31,163 bases of DNA from an uncultured Neisseria sp. (GCA_964367915.1 CAYIZV010000029.1:1-31163); one strand, 5' to 3'. Numbered from the stretch's first letter, positions 1 through 9,238 are shown. A program made the numbers and translations. Notes: generated from the letters alone by a model not told the origin.

Positions 1-657
1 GCAACTGTTGCTTCAGAACGATAGTGATCCGATCCTGGGCTATTTTCTGAAAATGGAATTAGTGAAATAATTCTTGTAGCAACCTCATCAGGATCCCCAT
101 ATAAAATTGGATTATATGTATTTGATAATTGTGGATCATCAACGTTAATAACCAACACATCATCACCTCGGTCAATACTACGCATTAAGCTTAAAAACTT
201 GATAAAATCACCCTTGTCATTTTTACCGTCAATATGCATTAAGCCGCCACCAGTTAAAGCATGCTGAAAGAGTAGGTTTCTGATTAGAACTGATTTACCA
301 GTACCTGACTGACCGACTATCATAATATGGCGCATCATTATCTCCCGATAAAGACCAATTGGAAGTGCTAAATCTGACGTATATCCAACCAAATATGCTT
401 TATCAAGTTCAAACTCATTAGTTACTTCTGTTGATTTAAATTTTGTACTGGTATCTAATAAATGCTCTTTTCGGTATGAATCTAGTATCCTAGTGGATAA
501 GCCAATTACTCCAAAAATAGACAAAAGCGCAGACGAAATATGTAACCAAGTACTATAAAATATTGGCATTAATGTAATTAGAGGCAAGAATATCAATGTG
601 ATACATATGGTATCTTTATTGCCGCCAATTTGGATATTATTTAATCGTTTTAACATA
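1..657 (-). CDS. Type IV secretion coupling protein (VirD4/TraD/TraG family), N-terminal part; the gene continues beyond the window start.
   Basis: My own minus-strand translation from 657: two N-terminal hydrophobic helices, then Walker A GQSGTGKS, followed by ...LIRNLL...HIDGKNDKGD. This resembles the T4CP signature after the P-loop (NLL..G..hhD.KGE). GGAG lies 7 nt upstream of the ATG. Absent from the ORF track because it runs off the window edge. Confidence 0.6.
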
Positions 658-670
658 AGGAACTCCAACA

Positions 671-961
671 ATGAAATGGTTTATACCGGTTGCCATATTA
701 GGTTTATGGGCTTTTTATATTTTTTTAGGCGATACGCCTTCTACCAAAGTATACCGTGCTTGTCATCCAACTTATATAAGCTTTGCATTAGTAAGTGATG
801 TTGCGGCTCGCTGGGATTACAACGCTGCTCAGCACGTTCTAAATTGGGGTGAAAAAACTACCGCTTGGTGTGAGTATTCAATTTATCGTTCTGTTTATGG
901 CCAACGCCAGGAATATGTACCATCAAATTTAAATGAAAGCAATAATGCTACTAGTAGATAA
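671..961 (+). CDS. Small hypothetical protein with an N-terminal hydrophobic (signal/TM-like) segment
   Basis: 96-aa ORF. AAGGAA sits about 12 nt upstream of the ATG. N-terminus IPVAILGLWAFYIFL. No recognisable family. Confidence 0.3.
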   Translation: MKWFIPVAILGLWAFYIFLGDTPSTKVYRACHPTYISFALVSDVAARWDYNAAQHVLNWGEKTTAWCEYSIYRSVYGQRQEYVPSNLNESNNATSR

Positions 962-2345
962 CTTTCCATGCTCGCCATCCTTTCTGAAGCTGGTAAATTT
1001 GTAAGCATGGTGAGATTGTCGTTAAATTTCTCTCAACTAGAAATTCAAAATGATATTTCTTTAATTCTGTACAAGACACGCTACCTTCAACCTCAATAGA
1101 TTTCATAATTTGCTGTACACCTTGTTCATTAGCTCCAATTTCCATAGCTGGAGCTATCTTTAGGTTGGGGCTATAAAATGGAACATAATAATTTGATTGT
1201 GATGTTCCTAATACAATAGAGTTTTGAGGTAGAACAAATTTAGGAATAAACTTATAATTTTCAACGCCTAGAGGTAAGTAGATACATAAACACAGCACAA
1301 TATATTTATGAATCGTAGGCATTCTAAAGCTAACCTTAGTAATAGAGTGTGTGATAATAATCACAAACAAAGCACTAAGTATTGCGGCGTAACGGATCAT
1401 GTTAAATAAGATGAAGTATCCGAATAGTACACTTGTAGTTGTCAACAATGAGTTACTGGTAAGAATAGCGTATAGCGATTTTATAATTGGTATAAACTTA
1501 ACTTTGCTGAACATACTAATTTTTAGATTATGGATAAACCTAATTACATCTTTAAGTTGTTCGTTATGTAAAAAAAGATAGATGATTGCTGCAATACTAG
1601 TTACAGGAGATAATAGCATTATCAGGATTGTTTTATTTTCACCAATTGTTGCCAGACGATTATGATTTAAAACAGGTAAATCCAAAACACTGCTAAACCA
1701 CGCCCCATGAGAGTATGATTGCCAAAAGCAAACAGAGATAACTAGATAGGAAACACTAAGCAACATTTTAGCTTTTGGACGATTGAAAATCACGAAAACT
1801 GCAGGTATATAAAAAAAGCTTAGCCAATAGCATGGAATTAGTAAAAGTCCAAAGGCGAACCATAATACCTTTAATTGCATTCTTGATTTAAAAGCTAGCC
1901 CCCAAAGCACCCAGCAAGTAAATATCATTTCTGGTCGAGCTAAAATTAAGCGTAACATCGAAAAATTATTCAGTAATAGCATCATTAGTAATGTAGCAAG
2001 CACATATTTGTGCTTGTGAGCATTCAATACCTTTAGAACAATCATTAGTACTGGCATAACAAAGCCCACCATGCAGATAAACTGTATCAAGTGTGCCGTT
2101 ATAATTCTGGACCCAACTACATTCAGCCAATGCAATATAATGTCAAATAATATGTATTGATTATATTTGGCCATAAGTGGTGCATGAATGTATAAATTAG
2201 CATAGTTATAGCGGTAATCACCGGCAACAATGTCACGAAGTAGATCGTCTTGAGGTAATGGTAAATTTAGAAAGAAAACTAATACCACCATTGCTAAGTA
2301 TAAAACTAAAAGCCAAAATGCATCATCCTTGATAGTCTTATTCAT
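951..2345 (-). CDS. Polytopic integral membrane protein, probable GT-C-type glycosyltransferase or O-antigen-modifying partner of the adjacent GT2 (GtrC-like); Wzy-like polymerase not excluded
   Basis: 464 aa with at least 10 predicted hydrophobic helices. Translationally coupled (4-bp overlap) to the upstream GT2 gene, an arrangement like gtrB-gtrC. Confidence 0.45.
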   Translation of the reverse strand: MNKTIKDDAFWLLVLYLAMVVLVFFLNLPLPQDDLLRDIVAGDYRYNYANLYIHAPLMAKYNQYILFDIILHWLNVVGSRIITAHLIQFICMVGFVMPVLMIVLKVLNAHKHKYVLATLLMMLLLNNFSMLRLILARPEMIFTCWVLWGLAFKSRMQLKVLWFAFGLLLIPCYWLSFFYIPAVFVIFNRPKAKMLLSVSYLVISVCFWQSYSHGAWFSSVLDLPVLNHNRLATIGENKTILIMLLSPVTSIAAIIYLFLHNEQLKDVIRFIHNLKISMFSKVKFIPIIKSLYAILTSNSLLTTTSVLFGYFILFNMIRYAAILSALFVIIITHSITKVSFRMPTIHKYIVLCLCIYLPLGVENYKFIPKFVLPQNSIVLGTSQSNYYVPFYSPNLKIAPAMEIGANEQGVQQIMKSIEVEGSVSCTELKKYHFEFLVERNLTTISPCLQIYQLQKGWRAWKVIY

Positions 2346-3172
2346 GATAAAGCCATTCCTATTAGTTTTAACATATCGCGTGGTTTAATTTTCTTGCCGA
2401 TTATTCGTGGGACATATTTTATTGAAATCAAATGAATATCGAGTTTGTGTTTAAGGCAGAGCTTGTTGATCTCAGTTTCAAGTTCAAAGCCATTAGATGT
2501 TGCCATACGGAGAATAGCGGTTGGAACAATTCGTAATCCACTCAAGCAGTCAGTAATATTCTGCTTAAATCGTAACCAAAGGATAACTCTTATGATTAAG
2601 TTTGCCAATCTGGAACTGCAAAGCATAAGCTTTTTGGGGCGTACTCCGATGTACATACCATACGTAACTACTTTAGACATAAGAATTGAAATACATTTAG
2701 TATCATATTCAAGGTCGGCATCCAACAATATTACATATGGAGTCTGAACAAACATAAGCCCAGCACGAACTGCGTGAGCTTTACCTAAAGTTACTTCGTG
2801 AACAACTGTAACCTTAAAATTTTGAATAATGTTTAGTGAGTTATCTGTGGAGTTATTATCAATAACGACAACTGGAACTTCAGGATAAAGCTCCTTAAGA
2901 TGATTTAGCAGGGTACCCACTGTCCTTGCCTCGTTATAACATGGGATTAATATAGTAAAGTTATTCATAGAGTTAAGACCAATCAAATAAAGTGATTGTA
3001 GCGAATAGGGCACAATTATTAATGTGCGCAATTGCATATATTTACGGCAAAGTAAAGTATAGTCTTGGTATGCTCTGCCCATTATTTGTGGATTTTTGCT
3101 AACGCAAACCGTATTAATAAACTGTGGACAGCCTGCTGGACAAGCCCGTGGATAACTCGTTGAGTTACCCAC
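2342..3172 (-). CDS. Family 2 glycosyltransferase (polyprenol-phosphate sugar transferase, GtrB/DPM1-like). The true start is probably the internal Met at 2968 (MNNFTILIPCYNEA).
   Basis: ILIPCYNEA, VVIDNNSTDNS and LLDADLEYD motifs are typical of GT2 DPM1/GtrB enzymes. The 68 aa upstream of Met69 are Cys-rich and not GT2-like. Confidence 0.75.
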   Translation of the reverse strand: MGNSTSYPRACPAGCPQFINTVCVSKNPQIMGRAYQDYTLLCRKYMQLRTLIIVPYSLQSLYLIGLNSMNNFTILIPCYNEARTVGTLLNHLKELYPEVPVVVIDNNSTDNSLNIIQNFKVTVVHEVTLGKAHAVRAGLMFVQTPYVILLDADLEYDTKCISILMSKVVTYGMYIGVRPKKLMLCSSRLANLIIRVILWLRFKQNITDCLSGLRIVPTAILRMATSNGFELETEINKLCLKHKLDIHLISIKYVPRIIGKKIKPRDMLKLIGMALS

Positions 3173-3319
3173 CGCCTATGACCACAAGCTGACACACAAG
3201 CTTATTAACACTACTCCACAAGCATGGACAGATTCCGGCGCGCCGGTAACAATAATTTTTTTGGTGGCTTTCGGACAGCTTAATATTTTTGTTAAAATAG
3301 CTCAAAGAAGGTTTTGTGG

Positions 3320-3405
3320 TGTGTGTAATGTTTTTAAACATTATATAATGCAATATTACACTTAATAGTTAATGTTTGATAATGCTAGTTAATGTTTTGA
3401 TTGCT
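3320..3405. repeat. parC-like iteron cluster: 18-bp perfect palindrome TAATGTTTTTAAACATTA (3326-3343) and two direct repeats TAGTTAATGTTT(T)GA (3367-3380, 3386-3400)
   Basis: Repeats read directly from the sequence, 220-290 bp upstream of the ParM-like gene. Plausible ParR-binding centromere or operator. Confidence 0.4.
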
Positions 3406-3529
3406 TTTGTTACACCAAAAGTCTAACTATTTATTGCTGAGATAATTTACTGTAATATATTGATAATTTTATAAAATTAATCTAAAGGATAAAAACACTA
3501 TAAAATGCTTGTAAATATTATAAAACATT

Positions 3530-3562
3530 ATGTACTGTTGTGTATGATTTGTGGTATAATGT
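3530..3562 (+). promoter_or_regulatory. Extended -10 promoter (TGg TATAAT at 3552-3560) for the parM-like operon
   Basis: TGGTATAAT lies 58 bp upstream of the ATG at 3619. AGGAG SD at 3608-3612. Confidence 0.4.
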
Positions 3563-3618
3563 ATTATTACATAACATAACGCTTATATACATTTTAATAC
3601 ATTATTAGGAGTTTAACT

Positions 3619-4575
3619 ATGAATAATCAAAATACTTTAATCCAAGACATGAATGACGTACAGATAATTTCTATTGATCCAGGTTTTGGAGACTGTAAGT
3701 GGTTTACTGAAAATCGCTTCGGAAAATTTTCTACGGCAATTAAGCGAGCAGATGCATCTGCACTAAAATTCGATGTTAAAGGTGGTGATATTAGCTTAAA
3801 TAAAGATGAATACTTATTTAATGGTAGTAAATGGTACGTTGGTAATACAATTGCTGAAATGGGGGCACTTGCAACTCGAGACTATTCATTTATTGAGAAA
3901 TTTGCGCCACTAATCGCATTTAAAGCAATTAATGATGCTCAGCTTGATCTAGCTAAACCAATCAAAATTAAAACCTGCTTATCTATTATGAATTATGAGC
4001 ATAAAGACGAGTTCGCTAAGGCACTCTCTACTATTAACGTGAATAATCAAGTGCTTAAATGTGAGGTTGAGGTTATTGCCCAAGGGTTTGCATCTTTTAT
4101 TGATTACTTGGCCAATAATAACGCAGATGTAAATGATATTTATACTGTAACTAATATTGGGTTCAATACTATTGATTTTTGTGCAATTTCCGGTGGGCAA
4201 GTTGTATATTCAACAGCGAACCCTAATGGTGTAAATGAAATGGTAAAATCACTCCGGCAAAATTTAGAACATAAATTTAAAATCCACTTTAACGAGCAAG
4301 AAGTAAAGCAAATTTTCTTGGAAAAAAGTATTACAATTTCAGGTAAAACTATTCCTTTAGTTGATGAAATTAACGAAATTAAGGTAAACTACTTTGATAC
4401 ATTCTTTTATAGCTTACCTGATGTTCAGGATTATCTGAGAAAAGCGAATAAGAATATTTTTGCTGGCGGTGGAGCATATTTCCTTGAAGATGCTCAAATG
4501 AATGCCAATATGACATTTGTGAATAAACCATATGAATATAGTGATGTAAGGGGTGTTAACTCATATGAACAATAA
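3619..4575 (+). CDS. parM: Actin-like plasmid segregation ATPase (ParM/StbA/Alp family)
   Basis: Phosphate-1 motif IDPGFGDCK near the N-terminus and phosphate-2-like FAGGGAYF near the C-terminus. About 320 aa. Followed by a small RHH gene. Confidence 0.65.
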   Translation: MNNQNTLIQDMNDVQIISIDPGFGDCKWFTENRFGKFSTAIKRADASALKFDVKGGDISLNKDEYLFNGSKWYVGNTIAEMGALATRDYSFIEKFAPLIAFKAINDAQLDLAKPIKIKTCLSIMNYEHKDEFAKALSTINVNNQVLKCEVEVIAQGFASFIDYLANNNADVNDIYTVTNIGFNTIDFCAISGGQVVYSTANPNGVNEMVKSLRQNLEHKFKIHFNEQEVKQIFLEKSITISGKTIPLVDEINEIKVNYFDTFFYSLPDVQDYLRKANKNIFAGGGAYFLEDAQMNANMTFVNKPYEYSDVRGVNSYEQ

Positions 4576-4846
4576 TAACCGGATGCAGATATATCCCAGT
4601 GATGCAATGCAGATTATAATTGACAAACTTCCAAAAGGAACTAAGTCCAAATTCATTAATTTATGCGTTGAAAAAGTCATTTCAGATGTGAACCTTAGAA
4701 ATCAGGTGTTGGCACAATTAATTGGTTTTGATTCCATTGAGTCAACACCTGTACATAGTTCACAAGCTCAACCCGAAGAGCAAGATACAACAAGTAGTCC
4801 AGAACCTAAGAAAATTAGCGCTGCTACTATCACTTTTAATAAGTAA
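4553..4846 (+). CDS. parR: ParR-like ribbon-helix-helix centromere-binding adaptor. The likely real start is the ATG at 4565, which has an AAGGGG SD.
   Basis: The N-terminal RMQIYPSDAMQIIIDKLPKGTKSKFINLCVEKVI has an RHH beta-alpha-alpha pattern. It overlaps the end of parM and has an acidic/Ser-rich tail. Confidence 0.45.
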   Translation: MLTHMNNNNRMQIYPSDAMQIIIDKLPKGTKSKFINLCVEKVISDVNLRNQVLAQLIGFDSIESTPVHSSQAQPEEQDTTSSPEPKKISAATITFNK

Positions 4847-4861
4847 CATGGAGTTCGTAGA

Positions 4862-5200
4862 ATGTTAAATCAAACAATTTTTAATCAAGATAACCAAATC
4901 CAAAGCTTTGATAGCAATGGAAATCTTATTCTTACTGGAGTATATGACTATACGGTAAATAGAGTAGTAATCAATGAATTTGTAATGAGCACAGAACAAC
5001 ATGGTATTAATGTTGGAGCTAGCAGCTTATTGCAATTTGTTGACATCTGTAAAACTAAAAAAATTGATAGCATAAGTTTTTGTGTTCCAAATAGCCCAAT
5101 GGAAAAACAAGAACAGGAAGCACTGGCTGAGGTATTACAGAAATCTGGATTTACAATAAGTGAATCTGAAGCAATATTAACTGGTGAACGTCAATTATAA
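4862..5200 (+). CDS. Hypothetical protein (112 aa)
   Basis: Clean ORF in an operon-like array after parMR. No recognisable motif. Confidence 0.45.
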   Translation: MLNQTIFNQDNQIQSFDSNGNLILTGVYDYTVNRVVINEFVMSTEQHGINVGASSLLQFVDICKTKKIDSISFCVPNSPMEKQEQEALAEVLQKSGFTISESEAILTGERQL

Positions 5201-5216
5201 GATTGCTTTATAAATA

Positions 5217-5753
5217 ATGGCAAGAACTAAACAAAACCAAGTACCAACTGAGTTTCAAGCTCTATATGGACCAATACTCCAGCTAAAAAGGTTACTGCAA
5301 TCAAACTCTCTTGAATTATGTGCTGAGCAAATTCTAGAGGGTTTTATTATGCTGCATTACGCGACCTTTATCATGACACAGTTTCATAAACAGCATAGAA
5401 GCAGTACGACTAAGGACTTAATCATTCGCGAATTAATTGAATTGATCATGTCTGGTGACTCTTATAAGATTCAGTCTGACCAATTAGCTAAGTTATTTAG
5501 TTTTATTGATGCTTTAGGTAAAGAATTGAATACTACCCATAAACCTTACATTTATATTGCAATGTACCAGGCTTATCTTGATGCTGAGATATACCGTAAT
5601 TTCCATTCTAACTTAGGGATTTATGATTTTGTAGCATTTCAATACGTCAAACCTGAAACAGTAGCTGAGATGAAGCAATACCATAATGCATCAATTAAAG
5701 TCCTTGAAGAATTAAAATTATCACCTAAAATTAATCAACAATTAATAAATTAA
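5217..5753 (+). CDS. Hypothetical protein (178 aa) whose N-terminus MARTKQ is identical to the histone H3 N-terminus
   Basis: ORF begins immediately after an in-frame stop. The only possible start gives MARTKQNQVPTEF. Confidence 0.45.
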   Translation: MARTKQNQVPTEFQALYGPILQLKRLLQSNSLELCAEQILEGFIMLHYATFIMTQFHKQHRSSTTKDLIIRELIELIMSGDSYKIQSDQLAKLFSFIDALGKELNTTHKPYIYIAMYQAYLDAEIYRNFHSNLGIYDFVAFQYVKPETVAEMKQYHNASIKVLEELKLSPKINQQLIN

Positions 5754-5780
5754 CTCAACTTAAATCTAAACGAGGTATAT

Positions 5781-6065
5781 ATGAATAAATCAGATATCAT
5801 TCAAGTATTAGCACAAACTAATCCACAATTGACTTATAGCCAGGTTAAAAAACTCACAGATAGCCTATTCCTAAGCATGGCACAAGCCTTAAGCTCTGGT
5901 CGCAGAATAGAAATACGTGGATTTGGTGCTTTCTCGTTAAAAGCTCGAAGTGGCAAGGTCCGAAATCCACGTCACGGTGTAACCTTTGATGCTGGCGAGC
6001 GCCATGTTGTTTATTTTCGTGCTGGCAAAGTGCTATCTGAACGTGTTGATTTTAAAAATGAATAG
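5781..6065 (+). CDS. HU/IHF-family DNA-binding protein (IHF beta-like)
   Basis: EIRGFGAFS, RNPRHG (the RNPxTG arm motif) and VVYFRAGK match the HU/IHF fold. 94 aa. GAGG SD. Confidence 0.8.
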   Translation: MNKSDIIQVLAQTNPQLTYSQVKKLTDSLFLSMAQALSSGRRIEIRGFGAFSLKARSGKVRNPRHGVTFDAGERHVVYFRAGKVLSERVDFKNE

Positions 6066-6083
6066 TAAATTGAGAAATTACAC

Positions 6084-6464
6084 ATGATTTATATGGAAAA
6101 CAGTCAAAAACACCGCTACTATTTATTGTACGCAACTCAGGATCTGCTTGAATCTTGGTGCTTAGTCACTTCTTTTGGCAGTACAATTACTCATCATGGT
6201 CGGACTATTACTAAAGTTCATCCAAGTAAAGAAAGCGCTCTACTTGCGTTATTTGATATTGAGACAAAAAAACGTCAACGTGGCTATACTTACAGTGATT
6301 TAATCCACCCTGATTTATTTCATTTACGACCACAAACAATTAAGGAAGTACTTTCTCGTAAGCCCACAACTAATACAACATTAGATAATCATCTTACTGC
6401 TTTAATAGACTTTGAAGTACACAATCTTACATGTCACCCAAATCAACAAGAGCTATTTGCTTAA
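6084..6464 (+). CDS. WGR-domain protein with the WGR triad degenerated to FGS; probable start at 6093 (MENSQ)
   Basis: The pattern RYYLLYATQD..W.LVTSFGS..HHGRT..KVHPSKESALLALFDIETKKRQRGY fits the WGR consensus (..Y.L......w.v...WGRiG..G.....f.s.eeA...f......K...GY). Confidence 0.5.
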   Translation: MIYMENSQKHRYYLLYATQDLLESWCLVTSFGSTITHHGRTITKVHPSKESALLALFDIETKKRQRGYTYSDLIHPDLFHLRPQTIKEVLSRKPTTNTTLDNHLTALIDFEVHNLTCHPNQQELFA

Positions 6465-6515
6465 AAAATAAACCCCAACAATTTGTCCGAGCTATTAATA
6501 ACAAAAATACACCAT

Positions 6516-6565
6516 CATTTTGCTGCCCCCGCTGCGCCGCCACGCCCGAAGCCAGCAGCAAAATG
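6516..6565. other. Long hairpin: 11-bp perfect stem CATTTTGCTGC/GCAGCAAAATG enclosing a 28-nt GC-rich loop
   Basis: Read directly from the sequence. Sits in a locally GC-rich ORF-poor stretch after the WGR gene. Confidence 0.4.
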
Positions 6566-6752
6566 AGGCAATTTCACCCCCATCGAGGCGGCTTATTGCC
6601 AGCTAACGCTACTCTAAACCCCATGCCAATATTCTGCCACCACTTTCACCCTAAGCAATCCTAAACCTGCAGATACTTTATTTAGCTTACCGACATTGAA
6701 GTGTTTAGCCAGTCGCCTGGCTATAAATTATGCTTGCTTTTTTGTCATTGAT

Positions 6753-6789
6753 AAAAACCACGGTCTTTAAGTTTACCGTGGTTTTTATT
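6753..6789. terminator. Rho-independent terminator-like hairpin AAAAACCACGGT-(9-nt loop)-ACCGTGGTTTTT with flanking A/T runs (bidirectional)
   Basis: 11-bp stem followed by a T-run on the + strand and preceded by an A-run. Confidence 0.5.
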
Positions 6790-7203
6790 TAACCATGCCA
6801 AAAATGCGCACAATTTAACACACTAATCAATCTCGGAACATTCGCCAAGCGGTCATTTGATTGTACCGCCTAGCTCATTATTTTTTGAGCGTATCTGCAG
6901 CTTAAGGATTGCTAATCCGCAAATTTTTTTTGAATTTTTTTTGCTGGGCAAAATAAATATCAAAATAAATTGGCAGACTCAGGGGGTTCAAGTGGTGGCG
7001 TCGTATTGGCATGGGGGTAAAAAAGACCTCTGCAAACCAAAGCACCAGATATTTAACAAGCAGGATTTACAAGTAACAAGCAAATTAATAGCTGACTACT
7101 TACGGCGGACGTGGAGAACCACTAATTTTACCGTGAGCAAGTTAAGGGCTTGTGAACGAAGTATTTAACAGAGATAAATAATACTATTTTGGAGCAATAA
7201 ATC

Positions 7204-7605
7204 ATGTATCTAGATTTACTTTTATACTTTCCACGGCTTAATGGAGGCGTGAAATCAATGAGGACTAGCTGGCAAGTATTTAGTCGTCAATTTGCGATTG
7301 TTCATGAGTTGGCTAATACGGCTGAGGACTGGGAGGTTTTTTTAACACAAGCTGGATTACCGATAGATTTTAAACCAGATTATTCTAGCAGTGGCTTTTG
7401 TAGTAACACTTTTAATGAGTTGTGTGAGCTGGGCTATATTGAAAATACTGAGTTTGATTTTATGGAATGCTTTGCATATAACGGTAAGGTATTTGCCAGT
7501 CCAATTAATACCAATTTGCAAAGTGGTAAGCATATATCTAAGGCTTGGGACTTATTCATTGAATATTTTGAACAAACTAATAACTGTAAACTTTATTTTA
7601 AATAG
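7204..7605 (+). CDS. Hypothetical protein (133 aa; alternative start MRTSWQ at 7258)
   Basis: ORF with GGAG upstream. No recognisable family. Confidence 0.4.
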   Translation: MYLDLLLYFPRLNGGVKSMRTSWQVFSRQFAIVHELANTAEDWEVFLTQAGLPIDFKPDYSSSGFCSNTFNELCELGYIENTEFDFMECFAYNGKVFASPINTNLQSGKHISKAWDLFIEYFEQTNNCKLYFK

Positions 7606-7608
7606 GCG

Positions 7609-7938
7609 GTGTTTATCATGACAGTAATTTTACAAGAAATCAGCAAAGGTAGACAAAATGTATTTGTTCAAAAAATCATCCAAGGGGCAAATCATTTAAT
7701 TAGGCTAGGGCTTAATAGTGATAGTTATGAGGCACAATGTTATTCGAGAGTTTATGTTTTTGATAAAGCTACGAATAACTGGAATATTTTATATCAAAAC
7801 TTTAACCACTCAATCCCGAGCCAGCTTAGTCATTATATTGATAACAATCAAAGCCCTGACTGTTTACTACGCTATTTTACCGATGAAATAAAGCACTTGC
7901 AAAAGATTGCCAGCAAACTATTACAGGATAAATTCTAA
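7609..7938 (+). CDS. Hypothetical protein (the ORF-track start is GTG; the ATG at 7618 with an AGGCGG SD is more likely)
   Basis: ORF directly upstream of the methyltransferase gene. Confidence 0.4.
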   Translation: MFIMTVILQEISKGRQNVFVQKIIQGANHLIRLGLNSDSYEAQCYSRVYVFDKATNNWNILYQNFNHSIPSQLSHYIDNNQSPDCLLRYFTDEIKHLQKIASKLLQDKF

Positions 7939-7996
7939 ACATTACTAAACACCTTAGCCACTCATTGAGTGGTTTTTTTTATTAGGATAGCAAATC

Positions 7997-9238
7997 ATGG
8001 AACATAAAAATAACTCAAATAATAATCAAACCTTACCACTTCACAAATTAGAGCAATTTATTGCTAATGTTAAGGTACTCGAAGAATTAGCAAAGCCAAC
8101 GCCTAAACCGGAAATTTTAAAGAAATATAAAGGCTTTGGCGGCTTACGCAACTGCTTTTGGGATAAACAGCTATACGGGCAAATAATGCGTGCAATTCGC
8201 GCTAATTTTGGTACTGAAAGAGAAAAAGACGTTTTGGAAAATTTACGTCAAAGCACTAAAAGCGCATACTACACACCAAAGGAAGTGATTAGCTTTATGT
8301 ACCGTTATTTAGAGCAAGTTTGTAATTTTACCGGAGGCGAGATATTAGAGCCATCATGCGGCAATGGTGCATTTTTTGAATATATGCCGAAATCAATCCG
8401 GCAAAACAGCCAAATTACTGGGGTGGAGTACGATATTTTAACCAGCAAGCTAGTACAAAATATCTATCCAGATATTGAGGTTATCAATGACGGTTTACAA
8501 AATATTGACTTTGGAACTAAAAAATATGACTTGATTATCGGCAATCCGCCCTATAGCGATGAAAAAATGACTGATGATTTTATGCCGGACTTAGACGGCT
8601 ATACAATCCACCATTATTTTACGGCTAAATGTATGCGATTACTGAAAGATGATGGTATCTTGGCATTTGTACTACCATCGTTTTATATGGACATACCACG
8701 CAGTAATACTAGGCACATAATAGATAATGAAAGCGTGGTTATTGATGTTCTACGCTTACCGGAAAACTTATTCGACCAAGCGACTATAACGGTTGATATT
8801 CTATTTATCCGTAAGACAGGAAATAAAATTCATGACATCACCCAAACAGCGACGTATAACCAAGGCGATGCAAGCGAGCAGGTAAATGCTTACTGGCTAA
8901 ATAATCCTAAGCGCATCATTGGCAACCTCAAGCTAAAATGGGTTAAGGCTTATAATCGCTATGTACCAACCTGTGAGGTTCAAGATAAGGCTAAAACCTT
9001 AAATTACCTCAAATGTTGTGAATTTACTGAGGCAACTATCAGCAATTATCAAAATATTATTGCAACTGAGGCAGCAAGCAAACCCGTAAATCAAGATGCG
9101 CCACAAGTTGTCAGCGATATAAACCTATTGCTAACTGAAGTAGTTTGCATTAGCAATGAGCTAGGGCAGTGGGCTACACGGTTTAATAACCTATTTCAAC
9201 GGCTTGATTCAATTAAAACAATGTTACAAATTAACTAA
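7997..9238 (+). CDS. Gamma-class N6-adenine DNA methyltransferase (M.TaqI/Eco57I-like), apparently orphan
   Basis: Motif I EPSCGNGAF follows YYTPKEV. Motif IV IIGNPPY. A C-terminal target-recognition region is present. No endonuclease-like neighbour. Confidence 0.75.
   Translation: MEHKNNSNNNQTLPLHKLEQFIANVKVLEELAKPTPKPEILKKYKGFGGLRNCFWDKQLYGQIMRAIRANFGTEREKDVLENLRQSTKSAYYTPKEVISFMYRYLEQVCNFTGGEILEPSCGNGAFFEYMPKSIRQNSQITGVEYDILTSKLVQNIYPDIEVINDGLQNIDFGTKKYDLIIGNPPYSDEKMTDDFMPDLDGYTIHHYFTAKCMRLLKDDGILAFVLPSFYMDIPRSNTRHIIDNESVVIDVLRLPENLFDQATITVDILFIRKTGNKIHDITQTATYNQGDASEQVNAYWLNNPKRIIGNLKLKWVKAYNRYVPTCEVQDKAKTLNYLKCCEFTEATISNYQNIIATEAASKPVNQDAPQVVSDINLLLTEVVCISNELGQWATRFNNLFQRLDSIKTMLQIN

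Noticed and set aside
598-798. 66-aa ORF starting at GTG 598
   Set aside because: It is antisense to the N-terminal TM region of the coupling-protein gene. The out-of-frame 671-961 ORF is the better candidate and is kept at low confidence.
2445-2747. Overlapping and antisense ORFs inside well-supported genes: 1399-1581, 2445-2747, 3979-4200, 7391-7621, 15472-15666, 15903-16112, 18675-18884, 19216-19536, 19757-19984, 19981-20400, 24743-24925, 28533-28718, 28624-28863, 30392-30574, 30563-30748
   Set aside because: Each lies within, or opposite to, a longer ORF with clear family motifs and has low-complexity or unprotein-like composition.
6431-6664. 77-aa ORF over the GC-rich hairpin region, and the short ORFs 11535-11771, 11823-12038, 11967-12188, 12495-12773, 12695-12895, 13548-13775, 10467-10679, 22382-22600
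   Set aside because: Their number and length match chance expectation for non-coding DNA of this composition. Translations are Pro/Arg/Ser-rich noise. Several overlap terminator hairpins.
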